DNA from: Anthoceros angustus
Lineage: Eukaryota; Plantae; Anthocerotophyta
Assembly: GCA_010909165.1 (NCBI GenBank)
Contig: MU008151.1
Coordinates: 1 to 64,000, forward strand
Length of the DNA stretch: 64,000 bases
Direction of reading: 5' to 3'
This document shows, piece after piece, positions 1 to 11,551 of the stretch. A program made the translations under genes and the position numbers. Positions within the stretch are counted from its first letter, which is position 1. Each line of letters opens with the position of its first letter. Below the pieces are notes generated by a model. It worked only from the letters and a program-made list of their open reading frames with translations, searched no databases and had not been told where the DNA came from.

Positions 1-29
1 GGGCTCCGTGAAGCGGGAGAATTGGTGCA

Positions 30-1750
30 GTGGCATTTGGATGTGTTCCAAATGGTCTGACATTTGACAAGGTCACCGTCCGGGAGTTTGCCCGGAAGAT
101 GTCAAGGCGTCAACAAGGAGGTGCGGTCCAAGAACCTCCGGAGGACCCAAGGCGATGGACCTTGAGGTCCCGGGGGCCTACAACCGCCCCAAGGAGGAAG
201 AGGGGGAGGGTGCCGAGCCCCTCAAGGCGGGGGAAGATAGGTCCACCACGCAGCTGGCGTAAGGCTCGACGAACGACCACCAACGGTCGATATCCAGCTG
301 ACAATGAGCCGTGGCCCGATCATCGCCCATCGAACCTACTCACCAAGGTGGATCACCTTGGTGATAATCTATTGGTGTTCCCGCACGCGCGGGGAACCAA
401 AGTTCTATTCTAGGATGCCACTACTCCCCGCTACGTTATTCGCGCCCTCCGAGGTGCCTGCCCTTCGTCCCCTCATCGAGATCCATGGCCTCCTTCCTCG
501 CTGCTGGTCTCGTAAATCCTCCATAAACTCTCCACCGTTTTTCCGTGAACCCTCTCACCCGACTCAAACCATGGTATCCTGCATATTGCGAGGTGTTCAA
601 CCGATGTATTCCCTTTTCCGAAAGTCCATGCATTATAGTTTTTGGGTTGGCAAGGACGATGAGGACATACATAAATAAGCGCTAATTACTACAAACAGTA
701 CGGATTCATAATGCCTGCGTATGCACTTTGTTACGGCATGGGTCTCCATTCCCTTGGAATCATGTATTGTGTCGTAAGCAAGTGCATCTATCATTCTTGT
801 CTCAATCACATGTCCATGGATCCTATGATCCACATCAGACACCATAATTTTTCGGTGTTTCCGCTATCTCGTGTAGCATAGAACCGATTTGATACCCATC
901 ACAAACTTCTGTCACAGATATTGGCCTAAGCCGCTTTGATGTATATATTCAGCCCCTTCAAATATTACCATGTTAAAAGGGATGCGGGGATCTCTTCCCA
1001 AATTACCCTCGGGGCAGAAGGGGTCCTCTCCAAGCGGATGCCCTCCCAATCCTCCTCCTCCTCCTCGTCTCTCCCCACAATTAGCAAGGTGACCAACCCA
1101 TGGCGGAGCGCTTTGTTCCTCCTCACCCTTCTTTAGAAGGTTATGGTGCCCCCAAACATGCAGGATGAAAGGGAACAGCACCGATGGGGGAGGCCGCTCA
1201 TTGCGCAGTTTACGAGCCTCCTGTCCTATACGGACGAAGATGATCCATCCCCAGTCTGCCCTCTCACCCCTCATGAGGCTATGCAGGAATATCAAGAGAT
1301 TATCTCCCAGGTGGTCCACCTTGGTGAGCATGTTCCAGTGGACTATAATTTTGGCCACGGCTCTCACCCGTCGGTCCTTCAGGTCCAACATGAGCCACCC
1401 ATTGGAGGACCTCTGGGCGTCCTACTTCAAAAGGGCAGCCCTCGCGCCTCCCTTCCTTTGGGCTGCTAAACCTCATGCTTGCCTTATAATGGCCCATACC
1501 ATGAACATATTCCAGAGAAGCAAGGAAGGACAAGTGAGCTACTTCAAGACTGCCCCTTCTCATGTTATCATGCACCAACAAAAATGGTGTCCAACACACA
1601 CTTTGATGCTTGCTTTGTAGGAAGTGGCAATGGCAACAACCATCTTGATTCGAGCACGAGGGGCCATATGGTATGCAATTCTCCATAGCCTCGTCCTTGC
1701 GCTGCACACGAATTGGCTTAAGTAGATGACTTTCCAATTTTCCTGTTATC
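30..1750. mobile_element. Degenerate retrotransposon-like ORF remnants, two diverged copies in opposite orientation
   Basis: The + frame near 330-400 (NLLTKVDHLGDNLLVF) and the - frame near 1230-1340 (NMLTKVDHLGDNLLIF...ADWGWIIFVRIGQE...LFPFILHVW) are homologous. ORFs are broken and no spliced gene is apparent. The DWGW..F...PF.LH pattern recalls accessory ORFs of bryophyte Gypsy elements (from memory, not searched). Confidence 0.4.
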
Positions 1751-2973
1751 CGAGACCAGAACCCTTGTGTTTTGCAGGTTGTTTTCGATCTCTATGTACA
1801 AGATTTTCTACCCTCTATTCTGCAAGCCTGCATTTTTCCCCTCTTGCATTATGTAGGCCTTGAAATTTCTACCTTGCATTTAGGCAAGGAGTTTTACCCT
1901 TAATATCTGCAATATTTGTACTCTTTGCATAATATTCCTAAATATTATAATAAAAATTAAAATTATAGAAAGTATTTTTCTCTTTCTAAAAGCTACCCTA
2001 ATAAGTACTAGGTTAGAGCTTAGAGAAGGGGCCGAGCGGCCCGTTCTGGGTTCCGGAACGAGCCGCCGCGCTTTCGGATATGTTCCAACCCGCACGAGGA
2101 CGAGGGCTGTGCCGTTAGCTTTCGATTTCAGCTCCACGAGGCGGTGGAAAGAAAGCTAGTCTAAATCGGTGTCGCGCCGAGCACAGCGTGCACACTTGCA
2201 GGCAGCCATGTGAGAACTGGCAACAGTTGCAGCTGCGTCGCAGAGTGCACAGGGAGCAGGCAGCAGGCAGTCCGCGCCCGCTCCCGCCCACTTGCATTGA
2301 CTTGGGGGGCGGGAAAGCAGGCGGCACTCCGTCCCGTTCAGAGTTTCCGTGGACAAATCACTTGTCCGGTGTGGGGCCCGCCGGGAACTCGTCTACGCGG
2401 AGCGCAAACTGTATCTCTGCGGGATGCGCGTGCGCGGGCTCCGGTCCCTAGACTCGTCTGTGAATGCGATGTTCCGCGTCAGGCCCGGAGGCCAGCCGAC
2501 ACCGCGGCCGGGACGGAGTCCACCACTGCAGGGCTACGCCAGCAAGCCAGTAGCCAGCTAGGAAGGACCTGCTTTCTGTCATTCTGGCGGGGGCAAATCG
2601 GGGGCCTGTTTTGGGAGTCTGACCCAAAGCTGCTGCCTGGGTTCTCACGATTGGGGCCTGGAGAGGGCCCGGTACCCTGAGAGACCCGCCCCCGAGAGAT
2701 GCTGACTCTTCTGCCCACGCTCCTTGTGCACAAGCTCCAGCAGTTCTCCCGCCAGGCTCATCTTCCGGGCTACTGCTGGCTGTAGCAAACGTCACCACCC
2801 CACTCCTCCCTCCTCCTCTTTCTCATTTCGGACTGCACTCGCGTCCTCCTTCCCCGGCCCCGTATTCTGCCCGACCATAGCCAGCGGGCGCAGTCGTCTT
2901 GCTCTGCCTTGCGATCCCCTCTCCAGTGTGCCTGCAGCTGTGATGCGAAGGTGAGCACAGGTCCAGAACGTTC

Positions 2974-4641
2974 ATGGCTTCGTGCAGGAGCAGGGCGGCT
3001 CTGGCCGTGCTGGCCGTGGCCGCCTTCCTATCCTGCGCCTCCGCTACCAACTACACCGCCGGGGACCAGTATGGCTGGAGGCGGCCTCCCGCAAACAACC
3101 CCGGCTACTTCGCCCAGTGGAGTGCCAAGTATACCTTCTACCTCACCGACTTGATCAGTAAGTCGACATCTCCAATGCCATGCCGAATCTGCTGTTGCTA
3201 GGAATGTGAGAGGGAGGGTTTGTATGCTCGTGGCTTGCGTGTGTGGTTATGGGTGCATTGTGATGAGATGTGTATGTGACGTTGTGGGTGTGCTGTGGTG
3301 AAATGCTGCAGGATTCGACAGCCAAGGAGCCAACAGCAATGTGGTGAACATCGGGGCCTCGGAGTACCAGGTGTGCAACACATCGGATCCCGGAGGCCAG
3401 TACACCTTCCCGACCCCCGTCACCTTCAGGTTTCCGGAAGTCGGGGACTACTACTTCGCCAGCGGCATACCCGGGGACTGCCTGGCGGGGCTGAAGGTGA
3501 AGATCACCATCTCGCCCTCGTCGGGCGGTGCTGCGCCTCCACCGGGGAGCGCTTCCCCGCCGCCCATATCCGAGCCTGTGCCTTCCCTGTCTTCCAGCGG
3601 CGGGGCAGCTCCACCTCCCCGCCTTCCAGCAGCGGACACCTGCTCCGCCTAGCGGCGGCGGCAGCAGCAACTGGTTCTACGTCGGAGGACAGGACGTGGG
3701 ATGGACCATTCCGCCCTCCGCCAGCTACTACACCGACTGGGCGGATTCCGTGGCCCCGCTCTACGTGGACACGGATCGGTTGGGTGAGCGCCGTGTCCAT
3801 GTCCTCAATCAGGGTTGTGATTGCTTGGCCGCTTCCTTGACATCGCACTGTTTCTCACTCTGGGGATTCGTGGCTGTGGCAGTGTTCGTCTACGACAACG
3901 TCACCCACGATGTGGCTCTGCTGAACGCCTTGTCCTACCGCTCCTGCGACACCAGCAGGCCACTCGTCAACTTCACGACCGGGGAGGATGTCCTGGGCCC
4001 GAAACTGGCTAGCGTCTTCTACTTCAGCAGCTCCCATCCCGGTGACTGCACTGCCGGAATGCGCTTCAGCATCCAGTACGTTCCGGGATCTCGGCCTACG
4101 GGTGGCAACCTCCCCTCCCCGCCTGTGGGTGGCACCCGCCATGACCGCCCCCGGATTCTTCCTGCCGCCTCCTGTCGCCCCTGTAACCAGTCCTCCTGCT
4201 GCTCCTCCTACCTCCGGTGTCCCACCCCTTCCGTTCCGATCACTCCTCCCACTTCCTCACCACCTCCGCCTTCCGTCCCTTCTTCTGCCCCCTCACTGTC
4301 CCCCCTACAGTGCCTCCCACTGTCCCTCCGACATCCTCTCCCCGCATCTCCACCGACCTCGTTGTCCCCCTCCTTTGGCTGCCTTCCCTCCCCCCGCCTC
4401 TTGTGAGGGCCCTCCTCCCCCGCCTCCTCCGAGGACCCCTCCTCCTCCTCCTGCAGGTTTCCTACCTCCAGGACTAGTTTTGCCTCCAGGACTGGGTATC
4501 CCCCCAGGAGTGACCGCTCCTCCAGGGATTAGCGCGCCTCCGGGCCTTTTGAGCCCTCCTAGTGCGGCAATTTCGGGTGCAAGGGTGGGAACCCTCCTCC
4601 TCCTTGCTGCCCTCGGTTTGTCTTTGTTGGTGCTCACCTGA
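2974..4641 (+). CDS. Two-domain phytocyanin/ENODL-like chimeric arabinogalactan protein with signal peptide and GPI-type tail; reading frame broken by several indels in C-runs
   Basis: Exons 2974-3157, 3312-3783, 3883-4641, with phase-1 introns at the canonical phytocyanin position. Signal peptide MASCRSRAALAVLAVAAFLSCASA. Domain 1 NYTAGDQYGW...YYFASGIPGDCLAGLKV; domain 2 FYVGGQDVGW...THDV...YFSSSHPGDCTAGMRF. Pro/Ser/Thr-rich stalk and hydrophobic end TLLLLAALGLSLLVLT*. About 5 frame switches between 3617 and 4400. Confidence 0.85.
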
Positions 4642-5210
4642 TGACGGCGCAACAGTGGACATATGTTCTTGGAGCTGCCATCATCTTCAGCGCTCCCTCA
4701 GCTAAGTATTAGTTTCTCGAAGGCCAGAAGCTCTAGCATCATTGTCACATTTCTGTATTATTTGCTCCGTCTACCCTCGAAGGTTGGATTCATTGCAGCA
4801 ACCCCTAGTGTCACTGCCATTTTGTTTATCGCTTGATTTGTCGACCAGCGAACAATGGCTTCCTAGCCGTGAGAAATGTATCGTCCGCCAGGAAAAATGC
4901 ATCCAAGACCCTTCTGTCAGATTGACCACGATGGTTGAAGAAATTTGCCACAATCTATGGAAGCGACCACCTCATTTCGGAGGTGAAAATATTGCAGGTT
5001 CTAACAAACGTGCCGCGGTTTCGGTACTGTTGCGAATACGCATGTACATACATAGCATTCGGCTATGTAGCGAAGATTTTCAGCAACAACGATCTTCCGT
5101 TGGAATACACATTTGAGATGTGGCACATGACTGACTGAATTCACCCCAAGTCATGGTAGACAAGTCTGTCAAAAACTCATCAACAAACAACCCTTCTCAA
5201 CCAGCACCGC

Positions 5211-7815
5211 TTATCTGGGCTGATACATGGAAGGTGAGGCTTCAGAAGGGGAGTTATTGACAGAGCTGTTTACCACGCTGTTGGATTCCTCAGACACCCC
5301 AGTCTCCAGATCAGATGTGTGTGACTCGGGGGCACACAAATCTGTGTCATAGTTCAGAGGGCTCAAGTCCAAATTTTTCACCTTGTCCGAGTACCTGCAT
5401 TCTCGAGAGCTCAGCTTGATCCTCACAACTTCTTCCACTGCGTCCTTCATGGTGGGTCGCTCGTCTCGGAGGTGGGCCAGGCACACCAGTGCCAAGTCAG
5501 CCAGCTGCTGGACCTCCTCGAGGGCTTCCACATCTTGGCTGAGGTTGAGGCAAGGATCTACGATGTCCTCCAAGGACCCTCCGCGGATGAAGGGGATGCA
5601 GAAGGCAGCCAGATTCACCTGGGGAGTTCTCTGCCAGTCTACAGCCTTCTGTCCTGTGATCAACTCCAGTAGCACCACCCCAAAGCTGTACACATCGCTT
5701 TTATCCGTCAGCTGGCCAGTTGCATGGTACTCCGGATCGATGTAGCCGAAGGTGCCCATTGCTGCTGTGGAGACGTGGGTGGCATCCATGGGCACCAGGC
5801 GTGAGATGCCGAAATCGGCCACTTTGGCACGGCACTTCTCGTCCAGCAAGATATTGGAAGACTTCACATCCCGGTGGTAGATGGGAGTTTTGGCAGCAGA
5901 GTGAAGATATGCCAGAGCTTCCGCTGTCTCCAGTGCAATCTCCAGCCTCTTGCGCCAGCTAGCGAGAGCTCGGCCCTTCTTACCTTGGAGGTGCTCCAGG
6001 AGAGTTCCGTTGGGCACGTATTCGTACACCAGAATGGGGACTTCACACTCGATGCAGCATCCCACGAGACGGACCAAGTGGCGATGGTTGACGCTGGAAA
6101 GAATGGTCACCTCGTTCAGGAAGTAGGCTGAGAAGTCCTGTACTGGAGTCAGCTGCGGTTTGATCCTCTTGATGGCCACAACGTCTCCATCCGAAAGGGT
6201 TCCCTTGTACACCGTCCCAAAGGCTCCGCTGCCAATCTCAAGCTCCGGCGAGAAGTTTCTAGTGGCCTTGTTGATCTGCTTCAGAGTGTACGAAACAAAG
6301 CTTTCCTGAGAAGAGACACCGCTCAACTGCGAAATAGACAGCTTGCCACTCCGGGCAATAGTGGCCGATGGCTGGCGCCTTCTCCAGACGTAGAAGATGG
6401 CCAACGTCTTGAGTGCTGCTACCACAAGAATGGCTGGAACAATTATCCCTGCAAGCTCCCACATTGTACGGCACATCACAACCCGCTTGAATATCCCGTG
6501 ACAGTATACAGATTCCACCAAATTAGCCCAACTCGGCTTCATTGAAGAGCTAGCTTACCAAGCACCAGCCATATGGAGACGTGATTCTGTGAAGCAGCAT
6601 GCAGGATGCAGGCAACTCCACCACAATTCTGATCTGCATGCCCACATAGTTGCTGTGTCAGACATTGCCATTCAGGCGTGTCGTCGTCTCTGGCCCACTT
6701 GAATTGCACTGGGTGTCGTTACCTGGTGAAGCAAGAGGGGTTGGTGACACTTCTGGCAATCCTGCTGTTTCGGAAAGAGACACCGTCACTCCAAATTTCA
6801 TTCCCTGCTCACAGTGCCCTGGTTTCCCACAGATGAACCAAAAGCTCCCAGAGTCCAACAACTTGATTGTGGGATTCGCGAGATTGTATGCTGAAAGGAA
6901 GGTGGAGACGTTGCACGCTTGGTAAGCCGCTTGGCTCACCTGCAGTACCGTGTGCCTTCCTTGGTCAAACCCAAAATCTGCAGTGAGACGTTCCCACGAG
7001 GGCACATGAGTTCAATCGGCTTCCATCATCCCCCAAATTGCAAAACAGGCTCTAGGTGAACGCCAGTGCTAGGCCACTCACATAGACTGTCATAGACAGT
7101 GAAGCTCTTCCCTAGAACCCAAGAATCGTTATAGAAACCAGGGTAAGGCGGAAGCTCCCATCCAAATGTATCTCCTACAGAAAAATGCCTGCCCACAGGT
7201 GGAAGCGACGCTTCCGGGCTAGGAGCACTCCCAGGCGACGAAACAGAGTCGCCCGGATTAGGCGCAAACGCAGGCAGCGGGGCAGACGCGGGGGCAAGCG
7301 GCCTCGGAGGATGCAGATGAAACGAAAAGCGCATTCCTTCTCGGCAGTCTGCAATGTCCGCACTTATAAAGCTGACGGTGTCGTTGTCCGCTGGGAAGCC
7401 AGTGAACTGAAGCACAACATTATTCGGATACTGCAGCACAAGGTAAGGGTCCGATGCGTTGCAGTCCAGGTAGCCAAGTCTTCCGACCTGCACCACATTG
7501 TGCTTGCTGGCGTCGAAGCTAAAAACTGCACAGCGCAAGGAAGAAGAAATCTACATGGTCACTCGCACAAACTCCCACATCTGCAATTGCTGCAACAACC
7601 ATTCCAGCACCATACAGCGACTGACCCAGATAATCTCCGGCAAAAAAGTTGCGTTCCGATGCCCACTCATCGTAGAAGCTCTCCGACGGGGGCACACCCC
7701 ACCCATACCTTTCCCCCACATCATACAGCATCTGCCCCTCCACCTCCACTCCAAAACGATGCACAATCCATACTAAAAAACCCACCAGCACCGCCGATCC
7801 AGCCCACGGACGCAT
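5211..7815 (-). CDS. Receptor-like kinase with two phytocyanin ectodomains and a WAK-like RD kinase (737 aa)
   Basis: Exons 7815-7626, 7525-7082, 6977-6664, 6586-6559, 6448-5211 with GT-AG ends total 2214 nt and are open. Signal peptide, two plastocyanin-like domains separated by an Ala/Pro linker, TM helix VSIWLVLGIIVPAILVVAALKTLAIFYVW then RRR. Kinase motifs GSGAFG, VAIK, HRDVKSSN, DFG, GTFGYIDPEY. Confidence 0.9.
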
Positions 7816-9533
7816 CTTCCGGGACCTTCAGTCGCCTCCCACTCTCGCTCCTCCTGACGAAGGTGTCTCGGAATTCCAAATCCTCCTCATCTCCGCAGCC
7901 CGGAGCTGAACCTTGCATGCCGCACCCTCACAGGGCGGTAATACTGGACAACAAAACTTGTGCGAGGAAGAGCTGTGTGACATCCATTCCACTTCCTCCA
8001 GCCATCCATCGGAATTCCTTCCCCACACACTTTTTCAAATTTGTAACCAAAAGCTCTCCCCCAACGCCCCTCCGAACCCCTCGCACAACAGAGATGAGTC
8101 CTGTGCCCGAAAGCTAAGCTGATAAAAATCGGGGTGGGAGAAAGAAGGCTGGAGGCAGTGGAGGACAGATGTATGATGTACCAGCCTGCATGAACAGGCT
8201 TTGCACGCCCCAGAGACAATCATGCCTACATAGCCCAAAGCCGCATCTGACGTAGAAGTGTGAGGAAAAGCGGGCCCAGGTGTTCCGCAGCAGACGGGCA
8301 CGCCAGGCACAAAAATCTGCACCCGGCATCAACCAGGAAGCAACAGCTGTGTGATATCCACCCGCTGCCCTCACCACCTGTTGCAGCGGACAGGGGTGGC
8401 TCTGCCAACCTGCAACTTGCTTTGCTCAAAAAAGGCGGTGAAGCTCGGCACCAGCTCTGCCTAACAGGTTGTCTAGTCTACCAACTGCCATGGCGATTCC
8501 CGCTCTGGTGTTGCACATCCTTTCCGGTGTCCAGGTGTGCGCGTTTGAGCGGAGGCCGCACGTCGCTCCTCCACTGCCCACCAACCCTTACCGTTGCTTG
8601 GGCGCGGTGGGAAAAGGGAGCCGGTAACGGAACAATAACACTAACAGTGACAGTAACAGTAACAATAACAGGGACCTGCAAAGTGCAAACCCACGAACGA
8701 CAGCATGTCAGGTTTGAAGCGGGGCCTGACGACTCGACCAGCTGCCGTCAGTTCAGTACATAAATGCCCATGATTGCCATGGACGTCGAGCCAATGGCCG
8801 TCGCCTGTCGTGACTGCCGACTTCCCCCGCGTGCCCCCTTCGGCCGCATTATTTATTGTTACATATGTGCAGGTTGTTTTTCAATTTCTTTTCCCGAGGA
8901 CGATTGCAACACGTGTCCTTGAGGTACCTACTAGCTTTGATGGCGGACGCTGCTGGGCACGACGGTGATGGCCTCTGTGTGGGAGGTAGGGCACTCGTAC
9001 AGTACACCAACTAAACCAGCACACATATGTACATACAGTATGTACAGGCAGGCAGTACAAGATACACTTCTCTTGGGCATACAGTACATGTGTGCGGCTG
9101 TTGTGAAACAACGACCCAACGTATGTACGTGGGACAGCAACCCAACGTGCAAGATATGCACAAGAGTGCCTCCAGGAAACCAGCTTATTCGTAAGGAACA
9201 TTCTCTTGGTGAGATGCTGCGTGTTGGTTGTGTGCAGCTGGTTGAGAAAACTTTGATTTGACATGTTGGGGTGGAATGCATCCAAATGTACATATCTTGG
9301 AAGGCCCAGCGTGTCACAGGACACAGGATGTCCCTCTTGCCTGGTCTGGAATCCTGGATTCGTAAAGAACCTTGCACGTGTGGAGATCGTGGAAAAGAGA
9401 CCCACCGCAAAAGAGACAAGGCTGTCTTGCTGGGATCGTACACGCACAGGGGCCTCAATTAATTCCGTTTCCGATGTTTATCAAGTACTTTGTGAGCTGC
9501 GTACAGCTTGGGCCATAGTATGGCATGCCGTTT

Positions 9534-10423
9534 GGGACATCCAGAAGTTTCACCCTTGGTTTTTTTGTGATGTTCCTACTTGACACTCCAGGAGGAGCGC
9601 TCGTTTCAGGTACTGGCCGCGAAGGCGCTATCGGCTCTGCTTCACGGCACAGCTTCCCGACTGCCTAAGCTAGACACACCAGAAGTCTTCACCAGCCTCT
9701 TTGATCCTCGATCAGACGGAGATCCATCCCGGACCCGAGAGGCCACACGTACATTTGAAGCAAAACCATGCGATGCCAGCTGAAACAACTTCCTTCCACT
9801 TACCGGTTCCACTCTCGCAGCACAAAACCTTCCTCGGGCTGCATTTGTTGCGGAGGAGGCAAAAGAACTCCGTTGTTGGCCGAGTTGCCCTCCGCGAAGG
9901 TGTTGAGGCCGTTGTCTCCCTCATAAGCTTGGAAGATCTTGTCATTAGGATGTTCGTCGGTGGATGAGCCAAGCCCTTCGTTGAAGTCGGTACGACACTC
10001 TGCCCGGAAAGAATCAGTGTAGGGTATACGAGTGCTCACTGTGGTGATGGCCGAATTAGCCGTTGGTGCCTGTGAAAGGCGATCCGTACCATCGGGCTTC
10101 AGAGGATCGTCCGCGGTCTCCAGGAATCGATCTGGAGTTCTCTGAAGGATTCAAAGCAGCCAAATGGTAGCCCCGAATCGTATCCGAAGTCGAAGGGCTG
10201 CGAGCCCGAGCTGACATCGTTGGCGTAGGTCGCCATGTCTGCAGATGAGCATCGTCAGAGCCAGCTCCTGCTTCCGGTTGTGCGCCTCGGTCACCCTGCC
10301 GAGCTGGCGCTCCAGCTGGCTGCGTCCGCCACGCTGGAGTTCCAACTCGGTGGACACCGCCAGCTGGAGTGTCAAGTAGGGACATCACAAAAAAAAAAAG
10401 AGGGGTGAAACTTCTGGATGCCC
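9534..10423. mobile_element. Segment bounded by ~58-bp inverted repeats and carrying captured gene fragments (Pack-TE-like)
   Basis: 9534-9591 gggacatccagaagtttcaccc...tttttgtgatgttcctacttgacactccag is the near-perfect reverse complement of 10364-10423. No target-site duplication found. Confidence 0.5.
9804..10236 (-). pseudogene. CLC: Clathrin light chain, first-exon fragment with a frameshift
   Basis: Ends in LLPPPQQMQPEEGFVLREWNR followed by a GTAAGT donor, matching the plant CLC motif LP.P..M..EEGF..REW.R. The ATG frame (MATYANDVSSG...) stops early and no downstream CLC exons are seen. Confidence 0.7.
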
Positions 10424-11551
10424 TGCCATGCTTGAGTCCTTGACCCGTTCACACCAAAAAGTTTGCTCCTTCACAACAACCCATGCTTTCTCCGTCCTTT
10501 TCTAGAACAGGCACCTGATCTCTTGGTCTCTGATGTATCCTATCCTATTTTACGAGCTACCGCTCCTGCAAAGTCAGTTGCAGTTGTCCACATTGCAAGA
10601 TGTCGAGCATTCTAAGTTGAGCGGTTTTTGGTCTACCTGTAGAGGGGGGTTTTCCAGCTGCGGGTATGACAAGGCTAGCAGCTGCTGCTTCAGGCATTTA
10701 CTTGGGACAAAAACAGCGTCTAGCCTAGTCGAACAGTCTCAAGGCCTAAAGGCCAGGTTTGCATAAAGGGCCAAGCTCTTCTGATGTTTTGTGCCGTTTT
10801 GTTAAGCACAGAAACATTGCCAAGAGGGCTTGTCAGTATCGTTCAGAGAATGTTGGGCTTCGCTACCAGTTTCCTTACGTTTGGAACCACGATGAGCAAA
10901 CACAGGGCCAATCCCCTTTACACATTCCCCTGGTAGAAATACAACGTGTCAGAGCAAGCCCAACATCTCCAAATCCAAGCAGCTGAAACTCAGAAAGATG
11001 ACATGGGACATCCACTGACGGAGATGATGAAAGCCAGCAGCAGGCTCTCTTCCAGGTTGTCGATGCCATGACTTCAGAGGCAATCCTGTGGAAATGTCCT
11101 CCACTGAGATCTGGCAGCTCTCTAGCTGGCTGAGCATCATCCTCCAGCCTCAGCACTGGCACCGTTTATTGGCGGCGTATCATCCAGCTCCGCCATGCCG
11201 AACCAGCAAGTGCCCCGCTAGCTTCCTGTCCCCTCCTTACACAGAGTCACTCCACTTCCAATACCATGAAGCTCGTTGTGGCAATCTACTGCTTGATACA
11301 GTTAAACTCAGCATCACTCTGGACAATAGCATGTTGAACTCGGATACCTGGCAGACACATGCTTGAACCTTGCAGACGACTGCAGTTGTGGCAGAGTGAT
11401 AAGAAAAAGTACGGAAAGAATCTAGAACCTCACTGCTCACTGCAGAGAGGGTGAACTAGGACTTGAACTGATGAATTACACGCAAGTTTCGTGAACTTCA
11501 CTTGCGAAATCTATCTTGTTACACAGGCAGTTCATGCCAGATACGCCTAAA

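Noticed and set aside
7830-8760. Additional ectodomain exons upstream of the RLK
   Set aside because: No phytocyanin motifs in any frame and the signal peptide starts at 7815. Only a ~25-bp imperfect direct repeat (7967 vs 8337) of unknown meaning.
10440-11450. Short ORFs between the inverted-repeat element and the GNAT gene
   Set aside because: No recognisable motifs or consistent splice model.
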